Positions 8,930-18,096 of a DNA stretch of 64,000 nucleotides are shown piece by piece (within the stretch, counting starts at the first letter, position 1; the number at the start of each line of letters is the position of its first letter). The position numbers were made by a program, and so were the translations under genes. Source of the DNA: Bacteroidales bacterium (GTDB lineage Bacteria > Bacteroidota > Bacteroidia > Bacteroidales > UBA3663); the NCBI GenBank assembly GCA_045576355.1, contig JAZNGG010000047.1:3519-67518 (forward strand), in the 5' to 3' direction. The notes under the pieces are model-generated. The model made no database searches, was not told the DNA's origin, and was given only the letters and a program-made list of their open reading frames with translations.

Positions 8930-11110
8930 ATGAAAAAGTTTTTAGCTCTATTACTTTTGTTTGTTGTCGTAGGGGGTCTTTCTATGGCGCAAACCAAAAA
9001 GGTTGATGCCTTTCCTGGCGCAGAAGGTGCCGGAAGATATACCACCGGTGGCCGAGGCGGAGTCGTTTATCATGTAACCTCATTGGAAGATGATGGGACT
9101 AAAAAAGGAACCCTCCGTTATGCGATTAACCAAAAAGGGGCTCGTACGATCGTGTTTGATGTGGGTGGAGTGATTGCCTTAAAAAGCAGACTTACCATAA
9201 AAAATGGAGATTTGACCATTGCAGGTCAGACTGCCCCTGGTGATGGTATTGTGCTTAAGAATTATGGGTTTCAAGTCTCTTGTAGTAATGTGATTGTACG
9301 TTTCATCCGTTGTCGTTTGGGTGATGGTATTTCAACCTGTGAAGACGATGCAGTCACTGCATGTGGTTCCAATGGAGAGTATCATGACATTATTTTTGAT
9401 CATGTTTCAGCCAGCTGGAGTATTGATGAATGCTTCTCCAGTTATGGCATTAAAAACATGACAGTACAGTGGTGTATGATTACTGAGAGTCTGTATCATT
9501 CCATCCATGGTAAAGGTGCGCATGGTTATGGCGGTATTTGGGGCGGATGTCCTGCCACATTCCATCATAACTTGATCGCTCATCATTCATCTCGTACACC
9601 GCGCCTTTGCGGTAGCCGTTATAGTAATGATCCTGCAGCAGAGCTGGTCGATATCCGCAATAATGTTTTCTATAACTACGGACCTACCAATGGCGGCTAT
9701 GCCGGAGAGGGAGGCTGTTTTAACTTTATCAATAATGCCTATAAGCCGGGTCCGATGACAGCAACTAAGACCTCTCTGTGTAATCGTATTTTCCAGGCTA
9801 GTCCTGATGATGGGTCCAATAATCAGCCGAAGGGTGTTTGGGGAATGTTTCACATGAGTGGCAACTGGTTTGATACTTCTTGCCCGGATCTGTCTGAGTC
9901 TGATCGTGCTAAAGGTGAGTCTGTCAATGCTGATAACTGGAGTGGTTTGCATGTTTCTGCGACACCTCCGGGAGGGAAGATTGCCATTGAGTCCAGTGTC
10001 CCATTCGCATGTGCTTCTGTGACCACTCACTCGGCTGAAGATGCTTATTATAAGGTGCTGGAGCATGCCGGATGTTCTTATTCTCGTGATGTGATTGATA
10101 CTCGTATTGCCAATGAGGTTGCTTCAGGGACCTATACTTACACCGGAAGTAAGGGCGGTAAATTAGGCCTTATCGATACACCGAGTGATGTCGAAGGTTA
10201 TGACATCTATAAAACTACCTCTAAGAGTTCTGATGACAGTAATAATAATGGTATTCCGGACAATAAAGAAGATCTCATTTTTGGCGGTTTGGTGGATGGC
10301 AATGCCTATGATAAATCTGCTGACTATACCAATTTGGAGTTCTATCTCAATGCGTTGGTGACCAAAATGACCAATAGTCAGTTAGATGGCGGTGTTCCCA
10401 GTGTAGATGGTACTTCCGGGTCTGGTACAGATAGCGGAAATGCTTTCATGGCAACAAAGACCGATGGAGGTTATGATTATTTTTGGTTTAATGAGGCCAA
10501 TGCTGATCAAGTGAATGCCTGGATCAGTGATGGTGTTATTACACTTAATAATGGGTCATTCAATAAGTCATTCAATAACAGCAACTCTACTCATACCGGA
10601 GCCTTGGCCTTAAAGAGTGGAGGAGGAGAGGTAATCTTTAAGTGTCCTTCTGTCTCTTCATTTGCCCTCTACATGTTCCGTACCGGTTCTTTTGCCGGAG
10701 AGGTCTATGTAAGTTCTGATGGGGTGGACTTTGGAGAACCTGTTCATACATTTAGTGGATCCAAATATATCATGGAATTAGATGTCACTTCGTTTGTGTC
10801 ATCGGCCAATGAAGTATTTGTCAAGGTGGTCAATACTTCCACCGGATCTTTGAGCATACAAGGGGCAAAGATCTTGTCTTCGACTACTTCGGGGATTGAG
10901 CAGGGCATGATTGCTGATAATGTCGTTTTCCGTTCAGATAGGATTGTTGCTCCCGGTGCCCGCCATTTGAGAGTATATGGTACTAATGGACAATGTGTCG
11001 CAGAGAAACTTGGCGATGAGATTTCTCTCGGTGCTTTGCCGCGCGGCATTTATGTAGTTCGAGTGGTGACTGAAGAGGGACGTGTCATTGTCCGTAAGGT
11101 AGTGAAGTAA
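8930..11110 (+). CDS. Pectate lyase (PL1-like) with a C-terminal beta-sandwich region and T9SS sorting domain
   Basis: 726 aa with a signal peptide. AFPGAEGAGRYTTGGRGG, AGQTAPG, IIFDHVSASWSIDE and HHSSRTPRL are PL1 landmarks. The tail is LRVYGTNGQCV...GIYVVRVVTEEGRVIVRKVVK. Confidence 0.85.
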   Translation: MKKFLALLLLFVVVGGLSMAQTKKVDAFPGAEGAGRYTTGGRGGVVYHVTSLEDDGTKKGTLRYAINQKGARTIVFDVGGVIALKSRLTIKNGDLTIAGQTAPGDGIVLKNYGFQVSCSNVIVRFIRCRLGDGISTCEDDAVTACGSNGEYHDIIFDHVSASWSIDECFSSYGIKNMTVQWCMITESLYHSIHGKGAHGYGGIWGGCPATFHHNLIAHHSSRTPRLCGSRYSNDPAAELVDIRNNVFYNYGPTNGGYAGEGGCFNFINNAYKPGPMTATKTSLCNRIFQASPDDGSNNQPKGVWGMFHMSGNWFDTSCPDLSESDRAKGESVNADNWSGLHVSATPPGGKIAIESSVPFACASVTTHSAEDAYYKVLEHAGCSYSRDVIDTRIANEVASGTYTYTGSKGGKLGLIDTPSDVEGYDIYKTTSKSSDDSNNNGIPDNKEDLIFGGLVDGNAYDKSADYTNLEFYLNALVTKMTNSQLDGGVPSVDGTSGSGTDSGNAFMATKTDGGYDYFWFNEANADQVNAWISDGVITLNNGSFNKSFNNSNSTHTGALALKSGGGEVIFKCPSVSSFALYMFRTGSFAGEVYVSSDGVDFGEPVHTFSGSKYIMELDVTSFVSSANEVFVKVVNTSTGSLSIQGAKILSSTTSGIEQGMIADNVVFRSDRIVAPGARHLRVYGTNGQCVAEKLGDEISLGALPRGIYVVRVVTEEGRVIVRKVVK

Positions 11111-11150
11111 AACTTATATTATTATTGTAAATATTTTCGTTTATTCTGTA

Positions 11151-11190
11151 AATGCGGTGTGTCGAACTCGATACACCGCATTGTTTTGTT
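11151..11190 (+). terminator. Rho-independent terminator
   Basis: aatgcggtgt (11151-11160) pairs with acaccgcatt (11173-11182), followed by gttttgtt. Confidence 0.75.
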
Positions 11191-11245
11191 GTGTGTGAGT
11201 AAATTATTATATTGGTGTTCATAATCACTTCTTATTAATTAAATT

Positions 11246-12445
11246 ATGGCATCAATTAAAGTAAAATTTCGTCCTTCAGCAGTGGCGCAAAAAGAAGGAA
11301 CAATTTATTATCAAGTAATTCAAAACCGCTTAATCCGTCATATAAATACAGATTATCGTTTGTTTGTTTCCGAGTGGAATAAGGATATTGGAAAAATTAT
11401 TATTGGAACGTCTGAAAGACAGAGTTATTTGCTTTCTGTCGAGACTCAGATAAAAAGAGATATTATTTGTCTAAGAGATATTGTCTATCGATTAGAGCAT
11501 TCTATGCTAGATTTTACCTCTGATGAGATAATTGATCTTTTTGAAAGACGGACTAAAGAATATTCTTTCTTTAAGTTTACTAATGATATAATTTTACAAA
11601 TGCGACAACGAAGAAAAATTCGGACATCCGATAATTATCGCGCTACATTAAATAGTTTCTCTCTTTTCAGGAATGGAAAAGATATTTTGTTTTCAGAAAT
11701 AAATACCGAAATACTTTTGAAGTATGAAGCTTTTTTGAGATATCGGGGAGTGAGTAAAAATAGCAGTTCGTTTTATATGTGTGTATTTCGAGCCCTTTAT
11801 AATCGTGCAGTAGATAATGATCTGACGTCACAGCGGTATCCTTTTAAGTATGTTTATACTGGAATAGATAAAACTATCAAACGTGCAATCTCCTTGAAAG
11901 TAATAAAAACTATCAAAAAAATAGACCTTTCTCATTGTCCGTCATTAGATTTTGCACGAGATATGTTCTTGTTTTCATTTTATACGAGGGGAATGTCTTT
12001 TATCGATATGGCTTATTTGAAAAAACGAGATTTAAAAAGAGGGACGTTATGTTATAAACGGCGTAAAACCGGACAAGTGTTTCTTATTAGATGGGAGTCT
12101 TGCATGCAGGAGATTCTGGATAAATGGAATAATCCGGAAGAACCATATATGTTGCCAATATTGAATAGTGACACTAAGAATGAATATTGCTTATATAGAC
12201 ATCGTTTGTCGGAGGTTAATAAAAATTTGAAAGAGGTAGCTCAACTCGTTAATATTTCACTCCCTTTAACGATGTATGTGGCTCGTCATTCTTGGGCCAA
12301 TGCAGCTAAAAACATGAAAATACCTCTTTCGGTTATTAGTGAAAGTATGGGGCATGATTCTGAAAAAACAACCAGAATTTATCTATCTTCGTTTGACACC
12401 AATGTTATAGATGATGCGAATTCGATTATTTTAAATAAACTCTAA
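11246..12445 (+). CDS. Tyrosine site-specific recombinase (phage-integrase family, Bacteroides 'PUL-adjacent' type)
   Basis: 399 aa. The N-terminal arm-type region starts MASIKVKFRPS...GTIYYQVI, followed by a SAM-like core-binding region. The catalytic region is ARHSWANAA ... MGHDSEKTTRIYL (R/H/R/Y-type residues). The gene is AT-rich relative to its neighbours. Confidence 0.85.
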   Translation: MASIKVKFRPSAVAQKEGTIYYQVIQNRLIRHINTDYRLFVSEWNKDIGKIIIGTSERQSYLLSVETQIKRDIICLRDIVYRLEHSMLDFTSDEIIDLFERRTKEYSFFKFTNDIILQMRQRRKIRTSDNYRATLNSFSLFRNGKDILFSEINTEILLKYEAFLRYRGVSKNSSSFYMCVFRALYNRAVDNDLTSQRYPFKYVYTGIDKTIKRAISLKVIKTIKKIDLSHCPSLDFARDMFLFSFYTRGMSFIDMAYLKKRDLKRGTLCYKRRKTGQVFLIRWESCMQEILDKWNNPEEPYMLPILNSDTKNEYCLYRHRLSEVNKNLKEVAQLVNISLPLTMYVARHSWANAAKNMKIPLSVISESMGHDSEKTTRIYLSSFDTNVIDDANSIILNKL

Positions 12446-12496
12446 CTATTTTAGATTATTGGGATTTCCCCTAGTATTTAGTGTTTGTTTTTCTTT

Positions 12497-12533
12497 CTTA
12501 TTGGTCCTCTCTTATTAAGAGATGACCAATAAG
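12497..12533. repeat. 37-bp near-perfect palindrome; candidate recombinase site and/or recombinase-gene terminator
   Basis: cttattggtc-c-tctctta-t-taagaga-t-gaccaataag. The only mismatch is the c/t pair at 12507/12523. Confidence 0.85.
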
Positions 12534-12635
12534 TATTTTCTCCCCTAAAATCAAATAGTTATGAATTTTAAAAAGTGAGAGATTTTAAACATACTATGAT
12601 TTTTTTAAGTTTTTTGTTAATTAGAGGGGATTTTA

Positions 12636-12666
12636 TTTGCATTTATAAATAATATTTTTACCTTTG
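12636..12666 (+). promoter_or_regulatory. Bacteroides-type promoter facing susC (-33 TTTG, -7 TAccTTTG)
   Basis: TTTG at 12636-12639 and tacctttg at 12659-12666, 19 bp apart, 178 bp upstream of ATG 12844. Confidence 0.7.
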
Positions 12667-12674
12667 TCCAAAAA

Positions 12675-12696
12675 TTGGTCCTCTCTTAATAAGAGA
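12675..12696. repeat. 22-bp partner site of the 12497-12533 palindrome
   Basis: ttggtcctctcttaataagaga equals 12501-12522 in direct orientation (21/22). It also equals the reverse complement of 12508-12529 (21/22). Confidence 0.85.
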
Positions 12697-12843
12697 TAGA
12701 TATATAATATACTATCTATGAGGAAGATATAAAGCAGAGTATGGATGATTTTCTGATACCTAAAAACGTATTATCTGATACCAATATGTGCAGTTAATAA
12801 ATTGAGTTTTTTAGACAATTAAATAACATAAACACAAATCACA

Positions 12844-15800
12844 ATGAAAAACAGAGTAAGATTAACGACCTTAACCCTTACCATGCTTTCCAGTCTTTTT
12901 GCCTTTGTTCCTGTTGAGGTGAATGCTGCTCAAAGCGCAGTTTCGCAAGGTGTTAATGAGTCAAGAAAGGTTACCGGTCAAGTGTTCGACGAATTTGGTG
13001 AACCCATGATAGGTGTAACTATCGTTGTTCAGGGTACTACTGATGGTACCATCACAGATCTTGATGGAAACTTCTCTATTGCAGTTCCGAGTTCTAATAG
13101 TGTCTTGGAAGTGCGTTATATCGGTTATAAGACTTTGACTTTCCCCGCCAATCCAAGTAAGAAATTGGTTGTCAATATGGAGCAGGACAATGTCGGACTT
13201 GAAGAAGTTGTCGTAGTTGGTTATGGTACGGTGAAGAAACGTGATCTTACCGGAGCTGTTACTACCGTGAAAGCAGAAGAGATCAAAGCTATCCCGTTGC
13301 CCAACCCGGTTGAAGCATTGCAAGGTAAAGTTGCCGGTCTTGACATTACCCGTTCTTCGGGAGCAGCCGGAGCCGGAGCCAGCATGCAGTTGCGTGGTAA
13401 TCGCTCTCTTACAGCCTCAGGTGAACCGCTTGTTCTCATTGATGGTTTGGCAGGAAGTTTGACTACATTAAATGCTAACGATATCGAAAGCATAGAAGTG
13501 TTGAAAGATGCCGCTTCTACAGCAGTATATGGTTCTGCCGGTGCCAATGGTATTATCATTGTGACTACCAAGAGCGGTAAAGCAGGAAAGACTAAAGTGA
13601 ATTTCAACTCCTATGTTGGTATCAATGGCTGGTCCACTGTGCCGGAGATGTATCATGGAGAGGATTACTTCAACTTGAGAAAAAATGCCATGATTGCTGC
13701 TGGAACCTATACGACAGACGAAGATGTGCTCAATGAGAGTGCCTATGCCGCATACCTTGCCGGACAGGATATCGACTGGGCAGACGAATTGCTCAAGACC
13801 GGTATCACTCAGAATTATTCTCTTTCTGTCAGTGGAGGTACTGAAAAGACCAAGGCATATTTGTCTTTCAACTTCTCAGGTGAGGAGGGTCAGTATAGCA
13901 ATGACAATTATCGCGTCTATTCTACCAATTCCAAGATTGATCATCAGGTAAATAAGATGGTCAATATCGGAGCCAACTTCCAGGGCAGCTATACTTATAA
14001 GAATTCAGCTTATGCCAAACTTGAGAATCTTCTTATTGCAAGTCCCATCGGAAGTCTGTATGATGAGGATGGAAATATTAACCCCTTCCCGGTGGCAGGA
14101 GATGCTTCTACCGTTAGTTTGTTGACCAATAATAAATCAACATACCGTAACAACGGACATAATGTAAACGTCTATCTTAATCCTTATATCCGCATCAACC
14201 CCTTGAAAGGTCTTACTTTCGAGAGCCGTTTGAGTTTGGCTTTAGGTTACAACAAGAGCAATCGTTTCAGCGGTATCGGTTCATATAATTACTATCGCGC
14301 TGATGCGTTGGCTGATGGCACTACTACAAGCGGAGAAGTTTCTGCAAGTGTTGCTAATACCTTCTCATATAATTATAAGTGGGAAAACATTGTTACCTAT
14401 AACTTCAATCTTTTAGAGAAGCATGACATTACTTTGACCGGTGTGACTTCTTGGAATCACAACCGTCAGGAGTATTCTTATTCAGCATCAGACAATCTGA
14501 CTGCCAACGAATATTTGTGGCATAACTTAGGCACTGGTCAGAATCAGCAGGCAGCTTCTTCTTACACCATGTCCAAAGGTCTCGGTTTCGTAGGCCGTAT
14601 CAATTATTCTTATTTGGGTCGCTATTTGGCTTCCGCTTCTGTGCGTCATGATGGGTCTTCCCGTTTGGCAGATGGCAATCGTTGGGATACTTTCCCGGCA
14701 TTCTCTTTGGGATGGCGCATCTCAGACGAGAAGTTTATGGAGAACACCAGTTCATGGCTCGATAACTTGAAGATCCGTGGCGGTTGGGGTGTAACCGGTA
14801 CAGCTTCCATCAGTGCCTACCAGACACAAGCCAACCTTATACAGTCCTATCGCATCTTAGGCAATGAGACTTTGATCTCCTATAACTATCCACAGCAGAT
14901 CGTGGATCCTAACCTCGGATGGGAAAAGTCTTATAACACCAATATCGGTTTGGATGCCAGCTTCATGAATGGTCGCATCAGTATGACCGCTGACTACTAT
15001 GTGACTAAAACTAAGGACATTATCTGGACTCGTCTCGTGCCTGTGACTAATGGTGGTTTCAACTCCAGCTCACAATACACCACTACCACCAATATCTGTG
15101 AATCGGAAAATAGCGGTATTGAGTTGGCTTTGACCGGTCGTCCGATTATTGCAGAGAAAGAGGGTGATTTCACTTGGACTATCGATGCAACCTTTACTTA
15201 TAGCAAAGAGAAATTGACCAGCTTCTCTTCTGATGATGGTTCTTCTCAATACATCAATGGCAACCGTATCTTGAAAGAGGGCGAACCGATCAACTCTTTC
15301 TATGGATATAAATTGGATGGTACTTGGAAACTCTCTGAAGCCGAGGAGGCAAAGATCTTTGGTGCAGAGCCTGGTGACTTGAAGATCAATTGTGCAGATA
15401 TCAAGCGTCATGTGGATGCTGATGGTAATGTTTATTACACAGGGGTCGATGCAGAAGGCAACGATGTGACCTATGATGTAAATAATCCGTATGATGACCA
15501 GCAGGCTCAGCAAGTGCTCGGACATCCTCAGCCGGACTGGACTATGGGATTGAAGAACACATTTACATGGAAGAATTTTGACCTCTCTGTATATCTCTAC
15601 TGGCGTTTCGGTCAGATGATCAATTATAGCATGTTGGGTCGATTCAATACGAGCGCTAGCAATAACTTCCCGACTTACTTCGACTATTGGACAGAAGAGA
15701 CCGGCAACCAGAATCACTACTATCCTGCTTTGAATGCTGCCAAAGATTTGAATCAGATGGACGGATGGAGCGGTTTGTCATTTGTCGATGGATCTTTCTG

Positions 15801-16011
15801 GAAAGTGAAGAACATCACATTGGGTTATACATTGCCTAAGAAGGCTTTGAACAAGCTCCATATTGAGAACCTCCGTGTTTATGGCACGATCACTAATCCG
15901 TTCGTATTCGCTAAGAGCGATCTCCTCGAGGATTATGATCCCGAAATGGCTGGTAGCCTGGATTATCCGCTCACCAAGCAGCTGGTATTTGGTGTGAACG
16001 TAACATTCTAA
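12844..16011 (+). CDS. SusC-family TonB-dependent outer-membrane transporter (PUL1)
   Basis: 1055 aa. Signal peptide, carboxypeptidase-regulatory-like domain (VTGQVFDEFGEPMIGVTIVVQGT..DLDGNFSI), plug, barrel, and terminal ...VFGVNVTF. Confidence 0.95.
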   Translation: MKNRVRLTTLTLTMLSSLFAFVPVEVNAAQSAVSQGVNESRKVTGQVFDEFGEPMIGVTIVVQGTTDGTITDLDGNFSIAVPSSNSVLEVRYIGYKTLTFPANPSKKLVVNMEQDNVGLEEVVVVGYGTVKKRDLTGAVTTVKAEEIKAIPLPNPVEALQGKVAGLDITRSSGAAGAGASMQLRGNRSLTASGEPLVLIDGLAGSLTTLNANDIESIEVLKDAASTAVYGSAGANGIIIVTTKSGKAGKTKVNFNSYVGINGWSTVPEMYHGEDYFNLRKNAMIAAGTYTTDEDVLNESAYAAYLAGQDIDWADELLKTGITQNYSLSVSGGTEKTKAYLSFNFSGEEGQYSNDNYRVYSTNSKIDHQVNKMVNIGANFQGSYTYKNSAYAKLENLLIASPIGSLYDEDGNINPFPVAGDASTVSLLTNNKSTYRNNGHNVNVYLNPYIRINPLKGLTFESRLSLALGYNKSNRFSGIGSYNYYRADALADGTTTSGEVSASVANTFSYNYKWENIVTYNFNLLEKHDITLTGVTSWNHNRQEYSYSASDNLTANEYLWHNLGTGQNQQAASSYTMSKGLGFVGRINYSYLGRYLASASVRHDGSSRLADGNRWDTFPAFSLGWRISDEKFMENTSSWLDNLKIRGGWGVTGTASISAYQTQANLIQSYRILGNETLISYNYPQQIVDPNLGWEKSYNTNIGLDASFMNGRISMTADYYVTKTKDIIWTRLVPVTNGGFNSSSQYTTTTNICESENSGIELALTGRPIIAEKEGDFTWTIDATFTYSKEKLTSFSSDDGSSQYINGNRILKEGEPINSFYGYKLDGTWKLSEAEEAKIFGAEPGDLKINCADIKRHVDADGNVYYTGVDAEGNDVTYDVNNPYDDQQAQQVLGHPQPDWTMGLKNTFTWKNFDLSVYLYWRFGQMINYSMLGRFNTSASNNFPTYFDYWTEETGNQNHYYPALNAAKDLNQMDGWSGLSFVDGSFWKVKNITLGYTLPKKALNKLHIENLRVYGTITNPFVFAKSDLLEDYDPEMAGSLDYPLTKQLVFGVNVTF

Positions 16012-16034
16012 TCTTATTAAAATCATAAGCAAAC

Positions 16035-18008
16035 ATGAAAAAGATATTATTATATACAGCCGTGGGTGTCATGGGAGCAATGAGTTTTACCTCTTGTGAA
16101 CTTGATGAATTTAACCCCTCTGCAGGTTCTTCTACGTTAGAGAATTATCAGACGTGGTCCGGTTTGCAGACCGAGTGTTACTCGACACTTTATCACGAAT
16201 TGTATTCTAAGGAGGACTTCTTATTCTTCTCTGAGTGTGGTACAGATCTTTGGCTCAATCCCGCCGGCAAGAGCTATGCTGCTCAGGTGTTCTATTATGA
16301 CGGACTTGGTGTGGCAAGTGCTCAGGCTCGCAAGACTTGGCAGCAAGCATATTCTGTGATCGCTACCTGTAATAGTGTTATCAATAATGCTGATAACGTA
16401 TCAGATGGAGATCCTCAAGACATTAAGATCCTGACTGCAGAGGCTAAAGTGATCCGTGCTTTCATGCACTTGACTTTGACCACCTACTTTGGTCCTATCA
16501 CCCTTTGTACTACTGAGGTTGGTGTCTCTGACAATACTCCTAAGCGTAATAGCTTGCAGGAGATCTATAACTCTATCACTAAAGACTTGCAGGAGGCTGC
16601 AGAAGATTTGGAGGTAGAGCCATTTGGAGGCAACTATGGTCGTGTTTCCAAAAAGACTGCTTTGGGTCTTTTGGCTCGTGCTTATGCTCAGGGAGCCGGT
16701 GAGGGTCTGACAGAAAATGGGACATCTTATTGGCAGCGTGCTAAAGAGGTGGCAGAAGATATGATCACCAATAAAGATCAATATGGCATGTATCTCTATG
16801 ACAATGTAGATGATCTTTGGGCACAAGCGAATAACCGTAATAACAAGGAGGCTCTTTTCATGGCAGCCGGTTTGGATGCACATGGCGCTGATGCAGGTAT
16901 GGCAGGTACTTATTTCAACTGCTTGAATTACCTCTATAATTTCACCATGACAGATCCGAGTGTTATGTCTTTGATCTATAAGACTAAGAATACTTCCAAT
17001 ATTTACCTCGGCACCAAATCTACTCCGGTGATGGCTCCGACTAAGTATGCTATGGACGTCTTTGATGCCTCTTGGGACAAACGTTATGAAAATTCATTCA
17101 TGACTGCTTTTGGTAGCTTTGCCAATGATGGAGTTCCTGCCCAGTCTTTTGCCAGAATGACTTTGCCATTGTCCAGCGCTATTTTGTCAAGATATGGTAT
17201 GAATACCGAGTTGGGTAACCAAAAGATATATCCTTATGCGGCTATGAAGCAGGTAGAATCACCCATTGGTAAGCAGAATGTCGCTGTAGGTATCTACGAA
17301 AAAGGTGGAACTCAAAAAGTGCTTGAAACCAAGAATGCCTATGTTATTGAGCACCCACTCGCTACAGACGAAGATCGTATCCTTGTTTGGCTTTCTAAAG
17401 ATCCTCTAACCGTAGAGCAGAAACATCAATACAAGTGTTTCATCATGAACATTGATGATTTGTTTGATCAGGATGGCAATTATTCGGAAGAGCAATGGAA
17501 ACCCGGTTCTTTGGCTACTACTGCCAACACTTTGTTCCCCTCATTGATCAAGTTCAACTGGTGTTATGACGGAGTTGTGCGTAACGAAGGTTATGAAGCT
17601 AAGAATGGTGACATCGCCATTATGCGTTCTGCGGAGGTTTACTTGATCGCTGCTGAGGCCAATGTGGCTTTGGGCAACCCCGGTGCAGCTGCTCCTTATC
17701 TTAAGGTGCTTCGCGATCGTGCTGCTCGCACAGGAACTACTGCCCCGGCATTGTCTAACCCGACCGAACAGGATATTCTTGATGAATATGCCAGAGAACT
17801 TGTCGGCGAACACATGCGTTGGCCCATCTTGAAGCGTCATGGCGCGTTGAAGTCTGCGCTCGAACAGCATAATAAGAAAGCTGCTGCTTCTTTCAAGGAA
17901 CATCATGTTTGGCGTCCGATTCCGGAGTTGTTCCTCGATCAGATTTCTAATAAAGAACAATATGGAGACAATGGTTATGGCACTACAGCCAAATCCGGTC
18001 TCGAATAA
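16035..18008 (+). CDS. SusD-family lipoprotein (PUL1)
   Basis: 657 aa. Lipobox MSFTSC, located 23 bp after susC. SusD/RagB-like helical features (YLIAAEANVALGN). Confidence 0.9.
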   Translation: MKKILLYTAVGVMGAMSFTSCELDEFNPSAGSSTLENYQTWSGLQTECYSTLYHELYSKEDFLFFSECGTDLWLNPAGKSYAAQVFYYDGLGVASAQARKTWQQAYSVIATCNSVINNADNVSDGDPQDIKILTAEAKVIRAFMHLTLTTYFGPITLCTTEVGVSDNTPKRNSLQEIYNSITKDLQEAAEDLEVEPFGGNYGRVSKKTALGLLARAYAQGAGEGLTENGTSYWQRAKEVAEDMITNKDQYGMYLYDNVDDLWAQANNRNNKEALFMAAGLDAHGADAGMAGTYFNCLNYLYNFTMTDPSVMSLIYKTKNTSNIYLGTKSTPVMAPTKYAMDVFDASWDKRYENSFMTAFGSFANDGVPAQSFARMTLPLSSAILSRYGMNTELGNQKIYPYAAMKQVESPIGKQNVAVGIYEKGGTQKVLETKNAYVIEHPLATDEDRILVWLSKDPLTVEQKHQYKCFIMNIDDLFDQDGNYSEEQWKPGSLATTANTLFPSLIKFNWCYDGVVRNEGYEAKNGDIAIMRSAEVYLIAAEANVALGNPGAAAPYLKVLRDRAARTGTTAPALSNPTEQDILDEYARELVGEHMRWPILKRHGALKSALEQHNKKAAASFKEHHVWRPIPELFLDQISNKEQYGDNGYGTTAKSGLE

Positions 18009-18017
18009 AGCATAAAA

Positions 18018-18051
18018 TGACATTGCTCCAATGTCATTTGGAGCAATGTCA
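18018..18051 (+). promoter_or_regulatory. Perfect 14-bp intercistronic hairpin after susD
   Basis: tgacattgctccaa (18018-18031), loop tgtcat, ttggagcaatgtca (18038-18051). There is no strong T-run. Confidence 0.6.
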
Positions 18052-18096
18052 CTTTCATTCAAAACAACCCTATTATTAACTTAAAACAATCTATTT

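Noticed and set aside
11246-12445. Integrase as a marker of an integrated prophage, ICE or transposon.
   Set aside because: There are no other mobile-element genes (excisionase, mobilisation, transfer or phage genes), no tRNA target and no flanking direct repeats. It is flanked on both sides by genes of one pectin PUL. A local site-specific switch fits better.
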